The notes beneath the pieces are model-generated. The model worked only from the letters and a program-made list of their open reading frames with translations, searched no databases and was not told the DNA's origin. Shown here piece after piece: positions 52,496 to 56,154 of a DNA stretch of 56,154 nucleotides (its first letter is position 1; each line of letters begins with the position of its first letter). The stretch is from Vicugna vicugna (Eukaryota). Position numbers and translations under genes: made by a program. The DNA lies in NCBI GenBank assembly GCA_013265495.1, contig MU057713.1:66757-122910 (forward strand), read 5' to 3'.

Positions 52496-52601
52496 ACCTA
52501 GATATATAGATATAGATATGTATCTATATATATGTATATAGATGTATATATATGTATAGATATGTATATCTATAGATACGTATCTATATCTATATATAGG
52601 T
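52496..52601. repeat. AT-rich low-complexity near-palindrome
   Basis: Left arm acctagatatatagatatagatatgtatctata versus reverse complement of right arm acctatatatagatatagatacgtatctata. Confidence 0.9.
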
Positions 52602-52899
52602 AATTTTTTTTTCATTTAAGGTTAAAGAAACTGTTAAAAGGGTTCAGATACTCCACCCCCATCACAACTGAAAATAAGAAAAGAAAAATGACCTAGAGCT
52701 AGTGAAAGGCTCAGCCTGAATGAAAACACAGAGTGGAGTTCTGAAGCTGTGCTCTTGTACACTGTATGCTAATGCACTGATTAGGAAAAGTGTAAATTAC
52801 TGGTAACATAACGCAAAGTGCTAATCCTTTATAAAGTGCTCTCATAAAGGCAGAAAGAAAACAGAGTCACCTAATCAAAACAACATATAAAATACATGA

Positions 52900-53760
52900 A
52901 AAGGTAATAAAAATATTAATGGTCAATACATCAATAAAATTTTATCATCTTTAACAATTAAAAATCGCAAATTAAAACAGGATGAAATTGACGAAGATTA
53001 AATAGAATGGTATATCTCAGTGTTGGCAAGGGTGTATAAATTCCCTGAGGATGGGAATACAAATTGGGATGTTTGTAATGTGACAATATATATCAAAAGC
53101 ATACATTTTAACAGGTATGAATATTAATAAGTAAACACCTTTGAGTATATTTGATCCTTTTATATTCTTAGTGCTTCTTTAATACTTTTCAAATATTTTG
53201 AAATAAACACAGATTATTTTTATGGTTAAAAATACCAGTGTCAAAATGTAATAATACTTTAAAATTTAAGTCATTTGAACTAGTAATTCCATTACTGCAA
53301 ATCTATCCTAATAAACATATATTGGAGAGAGCAATTGCACATCCAAATGTTCACTGCAGCATGATTTTTACTAGAGAAAAAATAAACAGCTCAAATATCC
53401 AGTAATATAGTATGTTTAATAAGTATTTTCACAGGAAACATGAAGAAATGCTCACAATAGAGTAAGAAATGAAAAAAAATTATGGATACAGTATATTCTT
53501 TTCTTTTTTTTAATGGAGATATTTGGGATGCAATCCAGGACCTCATGCTTGCTAAGCATGTGCTCTACCACTAAGCTATCCCCACCCCTGATACAGTATA
53601 TTCTTAATATTATTTTATGAATAATATTTAAGAATTAATAGTGACACATATGTAGGATTACAGGTGTTTTAAAGTTTCTTTATATTTTTATGTATCTTCA
53701 AATTTTCTCTAACAACAGTGTGGGACACTTTATAGTCTTAAAAAAATAAACATTATTTTA
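52900..53760 (+). mobile_element. Old L1 (L1ME-like) 3' fragments
   Basis: cagtgttggcaagggtgt...ctagtaattccattactgcaaatctatccta...aatgttcactgcagcatgatt. Confidence 0.65.
53501..53589 (-). mobile_element. tRNA-derived camelid-type SINE (Vic-1-like) with a perfect 16-bp TSD
   Basis: Minus strand: ggggatagcttagtggtagagcacatgcttagcaagcatgaggtcctggattgcatccc. TSD gatacagtatattctt at 53485-53500 and 53590-53605. Confidence 0.95.
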
Positions 53761-54099
53761 ACACAACACTAAATTTCAAAAGCATGTAAACTGAAAATAA
53801 ACAATAAATATGACCAAGTTTGTCTAAGGTTTTCAAACATATCGATGACAGAAATATTAAACTGGCAAAGGAATCAGTAAGTCAAATAATAGAAAATGAA
53901 AGTAGTTCAAAAATTAACTAGCCATTCATTAGTACTCAAAAATATAAATTAAAATATGACTAAAAGACCATGTCAGGATCTTCTGACTAAACAAAGATTA
54001 CCCATTTGTAGCCAGTATTTTCAGAGTGGTGAGATAGGAAGTTTTATATCCCTCTGTGAAGGAATAAAAAGTAATTTGGCAATATGTATAAATATTCCT

Positions 54100-55158
54100 A
54101 TGGCAGAGTCTTGTCAATTTCACCAACATTTATCATTCTGTTTCCCTCTCTGTATTGAAGGAGGCTGGAAGCTTAATTGCTAGATTCCTCAGACTTTCTT
54201 GCCAACTGGTTTCTGGTTAGATTCTGCCTGTGCAAGTGTGGTACGCCAAGTTCTCCCTCAGAAGAACCCACTGCAAAGAACAGAGTTGCCTGATGGCCTT
54301 CAGGAACCCCACCTGTGGATCCAGCTGTGGATCCAGCCGTGGATCCCACCAAGGCCACACTTTCTCTGGGCTGCCACCCATCAGTGACTGAGAGCATGGC
54401 AGGAACACAGCAGCCTGGCCTTTCTGCCCGATAAGGGACTCTCTCCAACAGGCAACCTCTGCTCAAAGACTCCAGGTCGACCTGGCTAAGACTTTTTCAA
54501 AACCCAGCTGCAGTTTGAGGTTCTTCCAACTCAATCCTTCCTTCCTTCTCTTCTCTCAGGTGTCAGACTTTCCATGGTGTGATGGCTCATTTCAGCTACT
54601 CCTGCTCTCTCCCTCTTTACACTTCAAAACTGTCTCACCCAGTGAACTTCCTGCACGTTGAATTCTGTCCCAGAGTCTGCTTCTTGGAGGAAGGCACACA
54701 CAAGAAAGAAAGAGCCCATCATTTTTTTTCCCCCTTCTTCTTGCTTCAGACGTGCTCAGGGAGGATCGTGTGGATGCGTGTGAACTTCAGCAGCACCAGC
54801 GAGAGCAGCGGTACGGGCAGCATTCAGCCTCTCTCGGGCTCTTGCAGTACCAGGAGGGGATGGGTCCCAGGCTTCCTGCTCAGCAGCGGTGGAAGTGATT
54901 CCTGAAGCAGAAGCAGCACTGATACCACTTTAACAGCAAACATTACAATCGCGGGCTCTGGGTAACTGCTCTTCTTTGGCTCCCCCACCTCTAGGGGCGG
55001 TAATAGCTTTCTGCACGTAGCCAATGCCTGAGTAGCAATATCACACCCCCCACCCCCCGCTTCCCTTCCCAGCACTTTCAACACTTCCGTAAACAAGTCC
55101 TTACTTTAAACCATGCTGATGTGAGCTCCTTTTTCCTGGGTGAACACTGAATGATACA
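54100..55158 (+). mobile_element. ERVL LTR33-like solo LTR, with a nested LTR16A-like LTR at about 54230-54700
   Basis: 5' aggaggctggaagc...cagactttcttgccaactgg...ttagattctgcc; 3' cagcagcgg...ctctaggggcggtaatagctttctgc...tgaacactgaatgataca. The inner element ends cttcctgcacg...gtctgcttcttggagga. Confidence 0.65.
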
Positions 55159-55159
55159 A

Positions 55160-55820
55160 AACTAATCATTTCATTCTTTTTGACCTCAAAAATTCTCATT
55201 TGTGTTAACTATGTAAAGAAATTAAAAATGAACAAGATGTATTAATAGATTTAATTAATTTATAAGCAATTAATTAACATTAAATGTAAACAAAAATTCT
55301 TGCACAGTTGTTTTTATATAAGTATGAACAAATAAAAAAGTCTCAAAAATAACTGACAACAAAGACTGTTGTAAGTAATTTAGGGTGCATTTTTACAATG
55401 CTTTTTCATGCCCCCAATTAAAGTATATGTTTATGGATAGTTTTTAGATATATAAGTAAATACACATCATTTACTGTGAATTACACTACTAAGTGGGGGG
55501 GGGATAAAAGGAAAGCTGAACACATACTTATCATATGGCCCATAGAATTTTAGTCTTAAAAATACACCCTGGGGGAAATTCTGCACCTGTGAACCAAAAT
55601 ACATGTACAGTAATGTCCACAGCAGTGCTGGCAGTAACAGCCAACAACTGGAAAAATCCGAATGCCTGTCAACAGTAAGAGATAAATACATCACCATATA
55701 TGCATGCAGTGGAGCCTATGTCACAACATGGATGAATCTCAAGAAAAAATGTTGAGGCTAAGAAGCAAATCACACTGAAAAAACAAAAAAAGGCCTCAAG
55801 TAGGATTCAAATTTTGCATA
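55160..55820 (+). mobile_element. Old L1 (L1ME-like) 3' fragments
   Basis: aatgtccacagcagtgct...caactggaaaaatccgaatgcctgtcaacagtaaga...acaacatggatgaatctcaag. Confidence 0.75.
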
Positions 55821-55822
55821 AC

Positions 55823-56154
55823 TGTAGGGAGGTTTTTAATTGCTATTTCTATTTCCTTTCTAGTGATCGGATTGTTCAAGTCTTCAGTTTCTTCTTGATT
55901 CAGTCTTGGTGGACAGTATGTTTCCAGAAACTTGTCAATCTCCTCTAGGTTATCCAGTTTGGTTCCATATAGTTTTTCATAATATTCTCGTATGATATTC
56001 TGTACTTCTATTTTGTTTGTTGTAATTTCTCCATTTTCCTTTCTTATTTTGCTAATTTGTGCTCTCTCTTTTTTCTTCTTTGTGAGTTTGGCCAGAGGTT
56101 TGTCGATTTTATTTACTTTTTCAAAAAACCAGCTTTTGGTTTGGTTGATTTTTT
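55823..56154 (-). mobile_element. Young L1 ORF2 segment between EN and RT, open frame, running off the window
   Basis: Minus translation [45 protein letters not shown]...[27 protein letters not shown]...RLNQEE...[16 protein letters not shown] has no stops. Confidence 0.97.

Noticed and set aside
1..56154. CRISPR arrays, prokaryotic operons, rRNA, NUMT, hammerhead ribozymes
   Set aside because: None seen by eye. The CTGANGA sites I inspected lack a stem II/GAAA arrangement. The sequence is mammalian and repeat-rich.

Overview
AT-rich, CpG-depleted mammalian intronic-type DNA. It is probably camelid (alpaca/llama/camel), judging by three copies of a short tRNA-derived Vic-1-like SINE and the style of the young L1 3'UTRs. 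Much of the window is recognisable transposon relic: L1, L2, MIR, MaLR/ERVL LTRs, hAT-Charlie and Tigger. I recognise no named protein-coding gene, and nearly all listed ORFs are repeat-derived or chance. Three minus-strand segments with strong splice signals (29200-29273, 16897-16993, 6-198) join in phase into an unrecognised ORF of about 107 aa, suggesting a spliced minus-strand transcript (lncRNA, UTR or small ORF). Other notable items: a decayed ankyrin-repeat-like coding relic (~3.8-4.2 kb), a probable Deu-domain (AmnSINE-like) relic (~45.3 kb), five back-to-back hairpins (~28.2 kb), a composite double-L1 insertion with a 48-nt transduction-like spacer, a probable twin-primed L1 at the right edge, and an AT-rich palindrome. 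Repeat family names come from recalled consensus sequences, not a database search. Boundaries of old repeats are approximate.
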